A DNA stretch of 64,000 nt from Squalus acanthias (taxonomy: Eukaryota). The stretch lies in NCBI GenBank assembly GCA_030390025.1, contig CM059432.1:19036001-19100000 (forward strand). The letters are read 5' to 3'. Numbering within the stretch: position 1 is the first letter of the stretch; each line of letters opens with the position of its first letter. A model generated the notes under the pieces. That model saw nothing but the letters and a program-made list of their open reading frames with translations, made no database searches and was not told where the DNA came from. Shown piece after piece: positions 62,483-64,000 of this stretch. A program made the translations under genes and the position numbers.

Positions 62483-63135
62483 CCAGGAGCTGGACAACGT
62501 GGACCACTTTCCATACCTCGGGAGCGTACTGTCAACAAGGGCAGACGTCGATGATGAAGTCCAACACCGCCTTCAGTGTGCCAGTCCAGCCTTCGGTCAC
62601 CTGAGGAAGAGAGTGTTTGAAGACCAGGACCTCTAACCTGGCACTAAGCTCATGGTCTACAGAGCAGCAGTGATACCCGCCCTGCTGTATGCCTCAGAGA
62701 CATGGACCATGTCCAGCAGGCACCTCAAAGCACTGGATAGGTACCACCAACGCTGCCTCCGCAAGATCCTGCAAATCCATTGGCAGGATAGGCGCACCAA
62801 CGTCAGTGTTCTCGCTCAGGCCAACATCCCCAGCATCGAAGCTTTGACCACGTTCGATCAGCTCCGATGGACGGGTCACATTGTCCGCATGCCCGACGCG
62901 AGACTCCCAAAACAAGCGCTCTACTCGGAGCTCCGACACGGCAAGAGAGCCCCAGGTGGGCAGAGGAAACGCTTCAAGGACACCCTCAAAGCCTCCTTGA
63001 AAAAGTGTAACATCCCCACCGACACCTGGGAATCCCTGGCCCAAGACGGCACAAAGTGGTGGAGAAGCATCCGGAAAGGGGCCGAACACCTCGAGTCTCT
63101 TCACCAGAAGCAAGTGGAAGCCAAGCGCAGGCAAC
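62483..63135 (+). mobile_element. RTE-clade LINE 3' ORF fragment
   Basis: VDHFPYLGS, VYRAAVIPALLYASETW, QLRWTGHIVRM, LPKQALYSEL..GKR..GGQRKRFKDTLK. One stop near 62635. Confidence 0.9.
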
Positions 63136-63299
63136 CCTGCATTTTCCATTTCTGTCAAAAGGGCCACCAGCGAGGTGGGGGCAGCTCTGAGGAATTTTCC
63201 GGCCTCTATTTATTCTCTTGTGCGCGTCTGTGTGTGATGTTTCTTATCCCTTCCCCCATTCACTTGTTCTATTCCTGTAAATGTTGTTCATCTGCAATA

Positions 63300-63400
63300 C
63301 CTTCCAGTTGTGAAGGGTTTATACCGGAAATGTCAACTGATTTGTGCTCTCTCGACAGATGCTGCTGAGTGTCTCCAGCGTTTTCTGTTTTTGTTTCAAA
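63300..63400 (+). mobile_element. Degenerate Penelope-like terminal fragment
   Basis: cagatgctgctgagtgtctccagcgttttctgtttttgtttca with a decayed hammerhead core. Confidence 0.5.
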
Positions 63401-63814
63401 AGCAATGATGCTGTTATCATCCAATGTCCCAAAATTAATTTCTTTGATTAGATTTAGATGAGTGCAGGGAGCACACCAGTGATGGGAGCGTAAAAATGCT
63501 TGTATGTGAAATTTATAGGCAAGAGGATAATGAAAGGGGAGTGGCAGCATAGGAGGACACGTTTTCTGAAAGCCTTTAGAAAGGCTTAGAGAACATATCA
63601 ACCCATTGGCAGCCTTTGCCAAAGCTGAAGGAAGATGTGAAAAGCAAAATGAAGGATAAAAAGAACTCCAAGGTGCAGACATGACTCTGCAATCAAGTGA
63701 CAGAGAATCCCAGCACTCAACTCCCTTTCATGGAGCAGAGGTGGGGCTGCATTTGATTCTTGTGTGGAAGCGCCCGTTTCTACCTGATATTCTGCTCAAC
63801 TTAAATGGGGCATA

Positions 63815-63870
63815 AAGAAAGACTTACATTCATATAGAGTCTTTCACAACCTCAGCACATCCTAAACCGT
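63815..63870 (-). mobile_element. SINE/L2 3' tail fragment
   Basis: aaagaaagacttacattcatatag...ctttcacaacc, as at 12101. Confidence 0.5.
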
Positions 63871-64000
63871 GTCGAAGGCCTTTGTGAGATCAAAGAAGGT
63901 CATGTACAGCGGTTGGTGCTGTTCCCTGCATTTCTCTTGTAGTTGACGCGCGGTGAAGATCATGTCCATTGTGCCCCTTAGTGGGCGGAATCCGCATTGC

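Noticed and set aside
63580..63680. Possible host exon (KGLENISTHWQPLPKLKEDVKSKMKDKKNSK)
   Set aside because: Weak splice signals, no recognisable domain and no partner exons.

Overview
Eukaryotic, repeat-saturated, non-genic or intronic DNA. The repeat families point to a cartilaginous fish (shark/ray): HE1-type V-SINE, SacSINE1-like DeuSINE, HER1-like CR1 LINEs. I found no convincing host protein-coding exon. Main contents: (1) two ~4.1 kb full-length PIF/Harbinger transposons (2681-6747, 19865-23974), each with an open DDE transposase ORF on + and a convergent 3-exon Myb/SANT gene on - that is disrupted; (2) many non-autonomous Harbinger derivatives with 12-bp TIRs and variable 3-bp TSDs; (3) a four-level nest at 37.9-49.2 kb (Harbinger derivative > Harbinger derivative > full-length CR1 > second CR1 and a SINE), which creates an in-frame 1066-aa ORF1::RT fusion; (4) a near-identical inverted CR1 copy at 33.7-36.7 kb; (5) Penelope-like 3' ends with minimal hammerhead ribozyme cores; (6) a U6 snRNA-CR1 tail chimera; (7) RTE, L2 and Tx1-like fragments; (8) two C-rich minisatellites (52.7-58.3 kb, 60.4-61.7 kb). 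Family assignments come from motif recognition by eye, not database searches.
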